Part shown: positions 46,762-55,622 of the stretch, one piece after another | Layout of the letters: the number at the start of each line of letters is the position of its first letter | Numbering within the stretch: position 1 is the first letter of the stretch | Assembly: GCA_902779785.1 (NCBI GenBank) | Contig: CACZDC010000003.1 | Location: 19,674 to 83,673 of the forward strand | DNA length: 64,000 nt | Reading direction: 5' to 3' | DNA from: an uncultured Bacteroidia bacterium | GTDB lineage: Bacteria; Bacteroidota; Bacteroidia; Bacteroidales; UBA932 | The notes under the pieces: generated by a model | Databases searched by the model: none | Told to the model about the DNA's origin: nothing | The model's input: the letters and a program-made list of their open reading frames with translations, nothing else | Made by a program: the position numbers and the translations under genes

Positions 46762-47772
46762 TTATTTGAAAAGAACCTTGCAGACGGAAAGGTTATAGGT
46801 CTCATCCAGAGCCGCTTTCCCCTGGAAGAAAAGATAGATCTGCCCGTCATCATCCCGGAAAACCCCGGGGTGGCCACTCTCGGCCGCATTCCAAGAGCCC
46901 TCAGACCCGGAAGTAAAGCAAAGCCCGTCCGGGGGGATGCGGGTGAATTGCCTTCCGTCGCGGGAAACGGCAAGACCAATCTGCTGGTGTTCGTGGTTAT
47001 AGGCCCCGGCATAAAACATATACCATATTCCCTTATGCTCCACGACGGTCGGCGCTTCTACACAACTCATCTCCCAGGGATATTCCGGCTTCAGAAGCGG
47101 TCCGTCGACAGAGACTAGTTTCCATTTGTCGGGGCCATAATCGCTGCCGTAAGGAGCCTCTGCCATTCCCATTATCTGGTAGGTGGCGCTTGTATCCCTG
47201 GTCGCGAAAAGGAGGATGAGTTTGTCACCAAGAGGATAGACCTCCGCGTCTATAGAACGCTTGATCGACCAGTTGGTATCCGGAATAAAAACCGGCCTGT
47301 CACAGGTATTGACAAAGATGATTCCATCCTTGCTTACGGCGTGCCAGATATTGCTCATACCTTCGGTTCCTTCCCAGCCCATCTGGTAGAAAAGATGTAT
47401 TTCCCCGTCAAGGACTTTCACGCACGGAGCCACGGCGCCGAGGACCTTGTTACCCTGGGTATCCTTGAGGTCAAGGTCGCACAGTCGCGTCCAGTTCACA
47501 AGGTCGGTGCTGCGGGCAACCCCCGTATGCCAGCCGGAAAGGATAGGCGGAGTCTTGCCAGGATTAATGTCGGGGACGAAAGCCGACACCGAATAATACA
47601 TCAGGTACTCGTTGCCGAGCCGAATGACGGTAGGGTCTTTGGCGAACGGGACGGGAGAGCGTGACGTGTCCCCGTACTGCATCGGGAGTGGTTCCAGGAC
47701 CACACGCATAGGCTTATGGGCACAGGCGACAAGGCAAATCGCCGCCGTCAGGGAAAGAAAGATTTTATTCAT
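46762..47772 (-). CDS. GH43-like five-bladed beta-propeller glycosidase (lipoprotein)
   Basis: LVAC lipobox; AKDPTV (base), IDAEV (modulator), VEAPTV (acid), WYMFYAG..N, SGHPGVF. Confidence 0.75.
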   Translation of the reverse strand: MNKIFLSLTAAICLVACAHKPMRVVLEPLPMQYGDTSRSPVPFAKDPTVIRLGNEYLMYYSVSAFVPDINPGKTPPILSGWHTGVARSTDLVNWTRLCDLDLKDTQGNKVLGAVAPCVKVLDGEIHLFYQMGWEGTEGMSNIWHAVSKDGIIFVNTCDRPVFIPDTNWSIKRSIDAEVYPLGDKLILLFATRDTSATYQIMGMAEAPYGSDYGPDKWKLVSVDGPLLKPEYPWEMSCVEAPTVVEHKGIWYMFYAGAYNHEHQQIGLAVSRDGRQFTRIPPDGLCFTSGSEGSWNAAESGHPGVFRDDDGQIYLFFQGKAALDETYNLSVCKVLFK

Positions 47773-50700
47773 AACAGTGATTCCATATATTCTGAAGGCG
47801 TCTTGCCATACTGTTCACGGAAGCATTTGGCAAAGTACGAAAGATTGGTGAAGCCTACGGCATAGCCGATTTCTGAAACACTGTTGCCGGAAGATTCTCT
47901 CATCATCGCCTCCGCCACAGCAAGCCTCTTGTTTCGGACATAATTATTCGGGGAGGTCCCAAGCAGCCGCCTTACCTTTCGCACCAGCGTTGCCTGGCTT
48001 ACGGCCAGATGGTCCGCAAGGAACTCGTTGGACACATCTTCGTCAGAGAGATGATCCATAATCAGTTTGTCCAGGCGAAGCAGGAATTCCTCCTCACGCC
48101 TCGGGAGTCCGAACACGGCGATATCCTGGCTGATCATACCCCTGCTCAGCGTCCGCTTCATCAGTCCCCGGCGGCTCAGGATATTGTGGATGCTGGCCTG
48201 CAGGTACTCCATATCGAAGGGCTTTTCGATAAACAGGTCCGCGCCGAGACGCATAGCTTCCACTTTGGACTGCGTTGATGTCCTGGCGGAAACGACTATG
48301 ATGGGGATATGGGAAATCTCGATATCCTCCCGTATTTCGCGACAAAGGTCAAGTCCGCTTTTCCCGGGCATCGAGATATCCGTCAGGACCAGTTCCACCG
48401 GCTGCTCCTTCACAATGGACAGAGCCGACTCGACGGTATTGGCAGTCAGGACGGAATATCGCTCTTCCAGGGCGTGGGCAAGGTAGTCCGTCAGTTCGCG
48501 GTTGTCCTCCACGAGCAGCAGCGAAGGGCGCCAACCGGACGCCACATCGGCATCCTCCGCCTCTTCGGCGGGCAAGGCACCGAACTCGTCTTCGGAACGC
48601 GGAAGCGTCAGGACAAAGCAGGTCTCGCCCGGGACATCAGAGAGAGTAAGATTGCCACCGTGCATCTGGGCGAGCATCCTCGCGAGTGAAAGACCGATTC
48701 CGACCCCCTCGGAAATCTCACCGGACTCCCGGTGATACTGTGTGAAGGGGCGGAAAATAGCCTCACGGTAGGCATCTGGAATCTCGGGGCCATCATTGGA
48801 GAACGCGACGTAAATGTTCTCATCGTCCCGTTTCACATCGATTGTAATGCGGCTTTCTGCGTACTTCAGGGCATTGATGAGGATATTGTTCAGGATTTTG
48901 TCCAGGGCGGCAACGTCGGCGCTTACCCCGGCCGTAAAGGCTGGAGGGTCCATCGTAATGCTGATATTTCGTTCGGCGGCTGTATCGGCAAAGCTGAAAA
49001 CGAGCATCTTCAGTTTATCCACCAGATCTACCTCCACCGGATGCAACTCATAGCCCTTACGCTCGATTCTCACAAAATCCAGCAATTCATTGACCAGCGA
49101 GGTCAGATAGTCTGCACTGCGTTGCATCACCGACAAATCGTGTTCCGAGGCCGCATCGTGCCCACTCCGCGCCTTCAACTGCGAGAGCGGCGTCTGAATC
49201 AAAGTCAGCGGCGTCTTGATTTCGTGGATGACGTGCGAGAAGAAATCAAGTTTCTGCCGGAACATTTCTTCTTCCTTGGCTTTCCGGAAACGATCTTCTT
49301 CCTCCCGCTGCCTGCGCCGGATCAGCCAGAGAGAAAAAGCAAGGATGGCGGCAAGCCCCAGCAGGGAGAACAGCACTATGAGGAAGACACCGGCGATGGA
49401 GCCCCAGAAAGGGGGCTTTACCACAATCTCCAGCGCCTCTTGCTTTTCTACCCACTCTCCGCCCACCTCGGCCGTGCGGAGCCGCAGGCGATAGTTTCCC
49501 GGGCGAAGATTGAACCAGGTCATCCGCTTTCCTGCCGACACGTCCTGCCAGCCTTTGTCGTGGCGCTCGAGCAGGCACTGCAGACGCTCGGTGGCCGGGA
49601 AAGAATTGCCCAGCACGGCAAACTCGAAACTGAGAGTATTCTGATCGGCCTTCAGCACCTGTTTCTCAGAGGAGTTGAATTGTGGAACATCTTGGTCGCC
49701 GATCTGGAATTTCGTAATTACGGCCACGGGGAGAATGCCACGATTGATGACAGGGGCCGGACGGAAACGGATAAAGCCGTTGTCCGAGCCGAATAACATT
49801 TCTCCGTTTTCCAGTCTTAGGGACGAATTGGTAAACTTGCGCTCCAGCAGGCCGTCCAGTTCCGTATAAAAGCCCACCTCACCCGTTTCCGGCACATATC
49901 TTACCAGGCCGGAATCCGATGACAGGTACAGGTCCCCGCTTCCAGACTCTACAGCTCGGAAAAACACATTGGTGGGAAGAATAGCGAGATTGTTCCGGCA
50001 AATGCGGACAAAGCGGTTCGAACTCCGGTCCAAGCGGTAGAAGCCCGACGAAAAACCGACGGCCCAGACATTGCCTGAAGCATCTACATACATAGAACAG
50101 ACCTTGTCGGAAACAAGTCCGCCATCGTCAGCTACGCAGTAATGGCCGACCATCTCCCGCTCCGCCGGATCCCAGTGGAATACCCCGTCGTCAAAGGTCG
50201 ACAGCCAGAGCCGCCCGTCCTTGTCCTCGACAATGGAGGTAATGAAGTAGCCATAGAACTCATCCAGCGATTCAAAGCGGTCGGCTTCCGCGTTATAGCG
50301 GAATACCCCGCGCGTAGTGGAGGCGTAGAGGTCATCCTCGCCCGCCCGGGCCACGACATAGACCTTCGCGTCGTCCACCCCTTTGTTGCGGAGATTCCCG
50401 TAGAAGCGCAGGGATTTCCTGGCCACGTCATAGCGGTACAACCCATCCTGGGAGCCGAACCACAGCGATCCGTCCAGATAGCAGGGAGAACAGAGCGCGG
50501 TGTGCAGGCCAGTATTCACAGCAGTAAGCGCGTTGGCGGAAAGGGAGTAATAGAACAGCCCGTTATTCTCCGTAGTCACCCATACCTTGTCCTGTCCATC
50601 CGAAGCGAACCCGCTGACAATCGCCCCTCTCAGAGCCTTGTCATAAACTTTCACAAAGCGGCGCTGGTCCAGGCCGGAATAATGCACGCCTCCATCTTTT

Positions 50701-51671
50701 GTCCCCACCCAGAGGCCACCGCTGCGGTCCACACAAACGGCGCGGACCTGGTCGTCCGAGAGGGAAAACGGATCTTCCTCATTCATCTGGTAAACGGATG
50801 ATTCTCCGGAGATCAAGTCATAGGACCATACCCCTCGCGAAGTGGAGAGCCAGAAACGATGCCCGCCTTCCAGAAACACGTGATTGAGCGCAACCCCCTT
50901 GGGCAGCGGAAACAGACTCCGTACTGTCCGCGCCGACGGGCAGACCTCGGAAATGCCGTGCAAGGTACTTACGGCATAAAAACGGGTAGAATCGCCGCAG
51001 GCATAGAAAAGGCCCTCCACATCATCGCCCGCAAACCAAGAGGGACTGGCCTCCAGTTCTATGGCATGGCGGTTGGAAAAGGCTGCATCTGCGTGATAAA
51101 GGTTGCGGCGATATTTGGAAAGCCAGTAGCCGCCATCCCGGTCGCGAAGCAGCTTCCGGAAGGAGCAGGCCGCTTCCTTGCCGGCTCCTCGCAGATAATT
51201 GACCAGCGTTTTCTTTTGCTGATCGTAAATAAAGCAGCCGTCGAAGCCGGACAGGATATAGACAAGCCCGTCATCGTCGCAAGAAATGAATGTGACCTTA
51301 CCCGTTATACGCGTACCGTTGTCCGCCAGCAACTTCAGTGGCTCGAAGCGGTCCTCGTCACGAAGATAACAGGTGACCCCGGCATCGGTCCCTATCCACA
51401 GGTTTCCGTCACGGTCTTCTGCAATCTGGTGGATAAAGTCGGAAGCAAGACCGAGATCCTCACGGTACCATACCCGGAAACGCGTTCCATCATAGCGGTT
51501 CAAGCCCTTGAATGTACCGATCCATACAAAACCCTGGGAATCCTGGAAAATTTCATTGATTCCGTCATAAGAAATGTCGCTGTTACCTGTATGAAAACGA
51601 ATGAACTCCCTGCCGGCCAGGCTTGAGGGGCACAGCAGCAAGAGGAAAACGAGGATACGATATACTTTCAT
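47769..51671 (-). CDS. Hybrid two-component system (beta-propeller sensor-YYY-TM-HisKA-HATPase-REC-AraC)
   Basis: QDSQGFVWIGT..GLNRYDG repeats, HEIKTPLT H-box, G.GIGLSLAR, VEDN..., DISMPG, terminal IGY.VGF...SYF.KCF HTH. Confidence 0.95.
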   Translation of the reverse strand: MKVYRILVFLLLLCPSSLAGREFIRFHTGNSDISYDGINEIFQDSQGFVWIGTFKGLNRYDGTRFRVWYREDLGLASDFIHQIAEDRDGNLWIGTDAGVTCYLRDEDRFEPLKLLADNGTRITGKVTFISCDDDGLVYILSGFDGCFIYDQQKKTLVNYLRGAGKEAACSFRKLLRDRDGGYWLSKYRRNLYHADAAFSNRHAIELEASPSWFAGDDVEGLFYACGDSTRFYAVSTLHGISEVCPSARTVRSLFPLPKGVALNHVFLEGGHRFWLSTSRGVWSYDLISGESSVYQMNEEDPFSLSDDQVRAVCVDRSGGLWVGTKDGGVHYSGLDQRRFVKVYDKALRGAIVSGFASDGQDKVWVTTENNGLFYYSLSANALTAVNTGLHTALCSPCYLDGSLWFGSQDGLYRYDVARKSLRFYGNLRNKGVDDAKVYVVARAGEDDLYASTTRGVFRYNAEADRFESLDEFYGYFITSIVEDKDGRLWLSTFDDGVFHWDPAEREMVGHYCVADDGGLVSDKVCSMYVDASGNVWAVGFSSGFYRLDRSSNRFVRICRNNLAILPTNVFFRAVESGSGDLYLSSDSGLVRYVPETGEVGFYTELDGLLERKFTNSSLRLENGEMLFGSDNGFIRFRPAPVINRGILPVAVITKFQIGDQDVPQFNSSEKQVLKADQNTLSFEFAVLGNSFPATERLQCLLERHDKGWQDVSAGKRMTWFNLRPGNYRLRLRTAEVGGEWVEKQEALEIVVKPPFWGSIAGVFLIVLFSLLGLAAILAFSLWLIRRRQREEEDRFRKAKEEEMFRQKLDFFSHVIHEIKTPLTLIQTPLSQLKARSGHDAASEHDLSVMQRSADYLTSLVNELLDFVRIERKGYELHPVEVDLVDKLKMLVFSFADTAAERNISITMDPPAFTAGVSADVAALDKILNNILINALKYAESRITIDVKRDDENIYVAFSNDGPEIPDAYREAIFRPFTQYHRESGEISEGVGIGLSLARMLAQMHGGNLTLSDVPGETCFVLTLPRSEDEFGALPAEEAEDADVASGWRPSLLLVEDNRELTDYLAHALEERYSVLTANTVESALSIVKEQPVELVLTDISMPGKSGLDLCREIREDIEISHIPIIVVSARTSTQSKVEAMRLGADLFIEKPFDMEYLQASIHNILSRRGLMKRTLSRGMISQDIAVFGLPRREEEFLLRLDKLIMDHLSDEDVSNEFLADHLAVSQATLVRKVRRLLGTSPNNYVRNKRLAVAEAMMRESSGNSVSEIGYAVGFTNLSYFAKCFREQYGKTPSEYMESLL

Positions 51672-51680
51672 TGTTTATGC

Positions 51681-53708
51681 TTATCTGATAACGACTGCGC
51701 CATCTGGAGGCACCGTAACCGTTCCACGCTTCGGCGCGCCTTTCGGAAGCCGGACTTTATGCGCCTTCGCTTCTGTATTTACGAGGATGAAGGCGGGCTT
51801 CCCGTCCCTGTCCTTCCATTCTGCCCCCAGTACGGCGGTATCCTCCCAGAACCTCACGAAATCTCTTTTCGGATTCGCTCCGAGGGGCGTAAATTCGCGT
51901 ACGAATTCCCCGCCAAGAACGATGTCGTGTATCGTAGAACGGAAATCCATAAGCTTTCTCAGATAGGCAGCTTCCGCCGCGAATTTCGGGTCCGTGATGA
52001 TGAAAGCCCTAACCCAGCCGGGCTGGGCGCCGTAAAGCAAGGCCTTGGCAAAGGCATAGCGGTAGGTGCTGGGGACACCGACTTCCAACACCTCGGGAAG
52101 AGCGGTGAAGGCGCTGGTAATGATGCGGTCTGAATAAACCATAGGAAAAACCGGAACAATCTTCAATGGGCCAAGATGGTCGTTGTTCAGGCTGTTCACC
52201 ATCAGCATCATATCAAAGAGGTCGCTGTAACACTCTCCGTTTTCCTCCGTCGTCAAGATTCCGCCGGGGCGCAGATGCTCCCTGCGGATATCTCTAAGAA
52301 TGCGTTGGTAACCCTCCAGCCAGAAACTGCCTCCTCCGCGGGGGTGACCGTGGGACGGATTCCAGCAGGGTACCGGAACCGTACATCCCACCTGGTCGAT
52401 ATACACGCCGTCCACCCCGTATTCTGTCTGAATGCTCTCCACCAAGGAGCAGAGTTTGTCGTGCCACGTCTTCGTATAAGGGCAAGTGACGGAATTGACG
52501 ACACAAGAAGTACGGTAAATCTCCGTATAAAGGGTGCCGTCCATTTTTCGTGCGGATGCATCCGCACCGCCATCCCTGGCATAACTTTCCGAATGCGGAT
52601 CCCAGAGACGGCCGTTTATGTAGGGAGTAACGTGGACGCCCTTTCTATGAATCTGGGCGATCCGTTCTGCAAAACCAGGCCGTGCCGGAAGATATTCCGG
52701 ATAGTGGGTATCATATTCAATCTGGTGCCACCAGTACCAGTGGGCGCTCAGGTGCTCCCCCAGCAGGTCTGCCGCTTTGTCCAGGGCGTCAAACTCGTCT
52801 TCCACAGTTTTCAGACGCACCCAGCCCTCGGTCTGCAGCAACCAGGGAGACAGGGTGGAAAGACGGTTTTTGATTTTGCGTTCTTCTCCTCCCCAGGGAA
52901 GGGTATAAGAATATGGCTTGTACCAATGAGTGACTGCGTGTTCCCAGCCCGCACGGTCAAACCCTAGATTTATGGCAAAAGGAAGGGTAAACTTTCCTTC
53001 CGAGGTCCAGGCCTCGCTGGCGGGGACATCCAGAGAAAGGTGCATATCCACGTTGCCGTCCACCCCATAAACCTTCCGGCTGCCAGAGGAGTCCTCGGTC
53101 CCGAAGAACAGAGCCCCGTCCGCATTGTGGACCATCACAAACTGCATTGAGCTGGTGGGATAGACGGCTTTGTGTCCTGCGGCAGAGAGGGGTGCTTCCA
53201 AACCCCAGCCTTCAGGGATGATCACCTTGGCATTCTCCGGGTGGCAGAGCGTCAGTTCCGGATATTTTACATTCGTCACTATCCAGCCATCTGGAAGCTC
53301 CGTCTCCAAATTGAAATACAGTCGGTCACCGTCGTCCGGGAGACTCACGACGGCACGAAGAGGATAATTTCCCCGGGAATAGTCCAGACGGAGAAACCAG
53401 GTAAAACAATAGCGTTGTACGCCATTTTCGTATGTTTTTACGGCACCTTGGTACCGTGCCACCTTGGGACGGTAGACCGGAGTCTCCCCCATAGGCCCCA
53501 AAAGGGTGAGATCCCAGAAGGCGAAGGAGCCGCTGCCCGCCACCTTATGGCCGTCCATAACAATCTCTTCTATCGTAAACGTATCGCCGCTGTTGAAAAC
53601 TGCACGTATTTTACCGTTGTCAAGGATGCATTTCTCCTGAGCAAGAGCATTGTGCGGACACAGCATTAGAAAAGCTGCCGCTAAAATCAATAAAAGTATT
53701 CGTTTCAT
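51681..53708 (-). CDS. Exported DUF6259-like protein, putative TIM-barrel glycoside hydrolase
   Basis: Signal peptide ALA-Q; HWYWWHQIEYD..YPEYLP, PYINGRLWD, DGVYIDQ, TTEENGE. Confidence 0.6.
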   Translation of the reverse strand: MKRILLLILAAAFLMLCPHNALAQEKCILDNGKIRAVFNSGDTFTIEEIVMDGHKVAGSGSFAFWDLTLLGPMGETPVYRPKVARYQGAVKTYENGVQRYCFTWFLRLDYSRGNYPLRAVVSLPDDGDRLYFNLETELPDGWIVTNVKYPELTLCHPENAKVIIPEGWGLEAPLSAAGHKAVYPTSSMQFVMVHNADGALFFGTEDSSGSRKVYGVDGNVDMHLSLDVPASEAWTSEGKFTLPFAINLGFDRAGWEHAVTHWYKPYSYTLPWGGEERKIKNRLSTLSPWLLQTEGWVRLKTVEDEFDALDKAADLLGEHLSAHWYWWHQIEYDTHYPEYLPARPGFAERIAQIHRKGVHVTPYINGRLWDPHSESYARDGGADASARKMDGTLYTEIYRTSCVVNSVTCPYTKTWHDKLCSLVESIQTEYGVDGVYIDQVGCTVPVPCWNPSHGHPRGGGSFWLEGYQRILRDIRREHLRPGGILTTEENGECYSDLFDMMLMVNSLNNDHLGPLKIVPVFPMVYSDRIITSAFTALPEVLEVGVPSTYRYAFAKALLYGAQPGWVRAFIITDPKFAAEAAYLRKLMDFRSTIHDIVLGGEFVREFTPLGANPKRDFVRFWEDTAVLGAEWKDRDGKPAFILVNTEAKAHKVRLPKGAPKRGTVTVPPDGAVVIR

Positions 53709-55621
53709 AGCGTTCTGAGCCACACGCTCATCTGGGTGATTCCCTCCTGGGCGTGACGGAAATAAGGAATAAACATAAGGTGGCGGTCCGTGTCCATCAA
53801 GCTGACGGAAGCGGGATCTTGATTCTGTTCTTCAAAATGATCCTCCGGGGATATTGTACAGGTACGGATATCCTTTTCGTTTTCCGGAAGGACGGCGCAA
53901 TAGACGATGGGGCCGCGCTCTACCACAATACGTCCCTTGACCGCTTCTACCCTGTCGTCGGCCTTCACGAAACGCAGCGGCATTTCAAAGCGGACATCCA
54001 CCACGTCTCCGTCTTTCCACTTCCGGTCAAGGACAGCATAACCTTTTTCCGTTGCATAGTTGACCACTTCTCCGTTTACAAAGATGACCGGCAGGGAAGG
54101 CTCTGCGTCCAGGTATGTGTATAAGGTACCGGGAACGGGATGGCCCTGGGCCCAGCCGGGAATACGGATGCGCAGAGCCGTGGCTTTGAGCGGAGCCTTC
54201 TCAAGCGTCAGCCGGACGTCACCGTCGTAAGGATAGACTGTTTCGCAGCGCAATTCCACCGGCTCACCCGCCGCGGTTTCAAAGGCGCTTTGCCCCGATG
54301 TAAACAAATTGACATAAAGGCTGTTATTCCCCAGGGCATAGACATAGCCCGGCAGGGAAAGAAAAATCCGAGCCAGATTGGTAGGACAGCAGCAAGTTTC
54401 GAACCACGGGAGGCGATGGCTTCTCCGAAGGCGGGACTTCGGCCTGATCTTCGCCCATTCCTTTTCCCAATCGAAGGTATAAGGACTGCACTGCAGGACA
54501 TTGGCATAAAAGAATTTCATTCCGTCGTCAGAAATGCCGTGCAGTACATTGTTATAGAGCGTTCGCTCGAAAATGTCGAAGTAACGGCTCTCGCCCGTAA
54601 GGCAGAACAGCCGGTAGTTCCACATACAACTGCCCACCCCGGCGCAGGTCTCGCAATGTGTTTCCTCATCAGGCAGAAAATACGCTTCGCCGAAGCGTTC
54701 CTTCTCCCGGTAACTTCCCAGACCGCCAGTAAGATACATCTTCCGACCCGTCACATCATTCCAAAGGGAATCGGTGGCTGTGCGGTAGGCCTTATCGCCG
54801 CAAAGGACAGCGTTGTCTACAATCGCCATAAAGCGATAAACGCCGCGGACGGCGTGACCGAGAGCTTCGTACTGCTGAGCCACAGGCTTGGGGTCATCCC
54901 CGCAATAGCCCCGGCATTCCAACAGGAAATGCGAAAGATCGAGATAGCGCCTGTCGCCAGTAGCCCGGTATAATTTCACCAGGGCCAGTTCAATTTCCTC
55001 GTGGCCGGAGGCGATCTTTCGCCCCGGAATCAAGAAGGTATTGTAGATAAGATCCGCGTTGCGTTTGGCGATATCCAGGAAAGCGGTTTTTCCAGTGGCG
55101 TAATAGTGTGCCACTGCCGCCTCGTACATATGCCCGACATTGTAAAGCTCGTGGCTGGTGGCAATATCGTTCCAGCGCTCCTGCCCCGCCTTGGGATCCA
55201 CGTCCAGGCCGCCCGAAGTACGGATGGTATAAAGATACCCGTCCGGTTCCTGCGCTGCGCCCACCAGGGCGATTAGGCTGTCCATATACTGATCGAGCGC
55301 CGCATCATAGCGGGTAGAAAGACTGTATGATGCCGCCTCCATCACCTTGAACACATCGGAATCGTCATAGCGGAGTCCGGTAAACTTCGTAGTATCAAGG
55401 CCTGCGGCACGCGCAAAATTGGCGATGCGCCCGGTTTCCTCGCATTTGCGAAAGGCGAAAGGAATAGTGTTTTCCCGCACAACACGCTCCCTTTCAGCGA
55501 ACAGACCGTCCGTAAAACGAACGTGAGAGAGCGAAACACCCTGGATAGGATAGTCCTGCGACTGTTTTTGGGAGCACGAGGCCAGAATGGCTACAAGGGC
55601 AAAAAGAACTGTCTTTTTCAT
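53705..55621 (-). CDS. GH127 family glycoside hydrolase (beta-L-arabinofuranosidase-like), lipoprotein
   Basis: LASC lipobox; DSDVFK.MEA, HELYN.GH, SGHEEIELALVKLYR, GHAVR, ETCA, CCPTN, RIPGW, RGPIVYC. Confidence 0.88.
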   Translation of the reverse strand: MKKTVLFALVAILASCSQKQSQDYPIQGVSLSHVRFTDGLFAERERVVRENTIPFAFRKCEETGRIANFARAAGLDTTKFTGLRYDDSDVFKVMEAASYSLSTRYDAALDQYMDSLIALVGAAQEPDGYLYTIRTSGGLDVDPKAGQERWNDIATSHELYNVGHMYEAAVAHYYATGKTAFLDIAKRNADLIYNTFLIPGRKIASGHEEIELALVKLYRATGDRRYLDLSHFLLECRGYCGDDPKPVAQQYEALGHAVRGVYRFMAIVDNAVLCGDKAYRTATDSLWNDVTGRKMYLTGGLGSYREKERFGEAYFLPDEETHCETCAGVGSCMWNYRLFCLTGESRYFDIFERTLYNNVLHGISDDGMKFFYANVLQCSPYTFDWEKEWAKIRPKSRLRRSHRLPWFETCCCPTNLARIFLSLPGYVYALGNNSLYVNLFTSGQSAFETAAGEPVELRCETVYPYDGDVRLTLEKAPLKATALRIRIPGWAQGHPVPGTLYTYLDAEPSLPVIFVNGEVVNYATEKGYAVLDRKWKDGDVVDVRFEMPLRFVKADDRVEAVKGRIVVERGPIVYCAVLPENEKDIRTCTISPEDHFEEQNQDPASVSLMDTDRHLMFIPYFRHAQEGITQMSVWLRTL

Positions 55622-55622
55622 A

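Noticed and set aside
47820-47850. Internal promoter-like GTACTTTG upstream of the GH43-like gene
   Set aside because: It does not fit TAnnTTTG and is explained by codons for the conserved SYFAKCF AraC helix.
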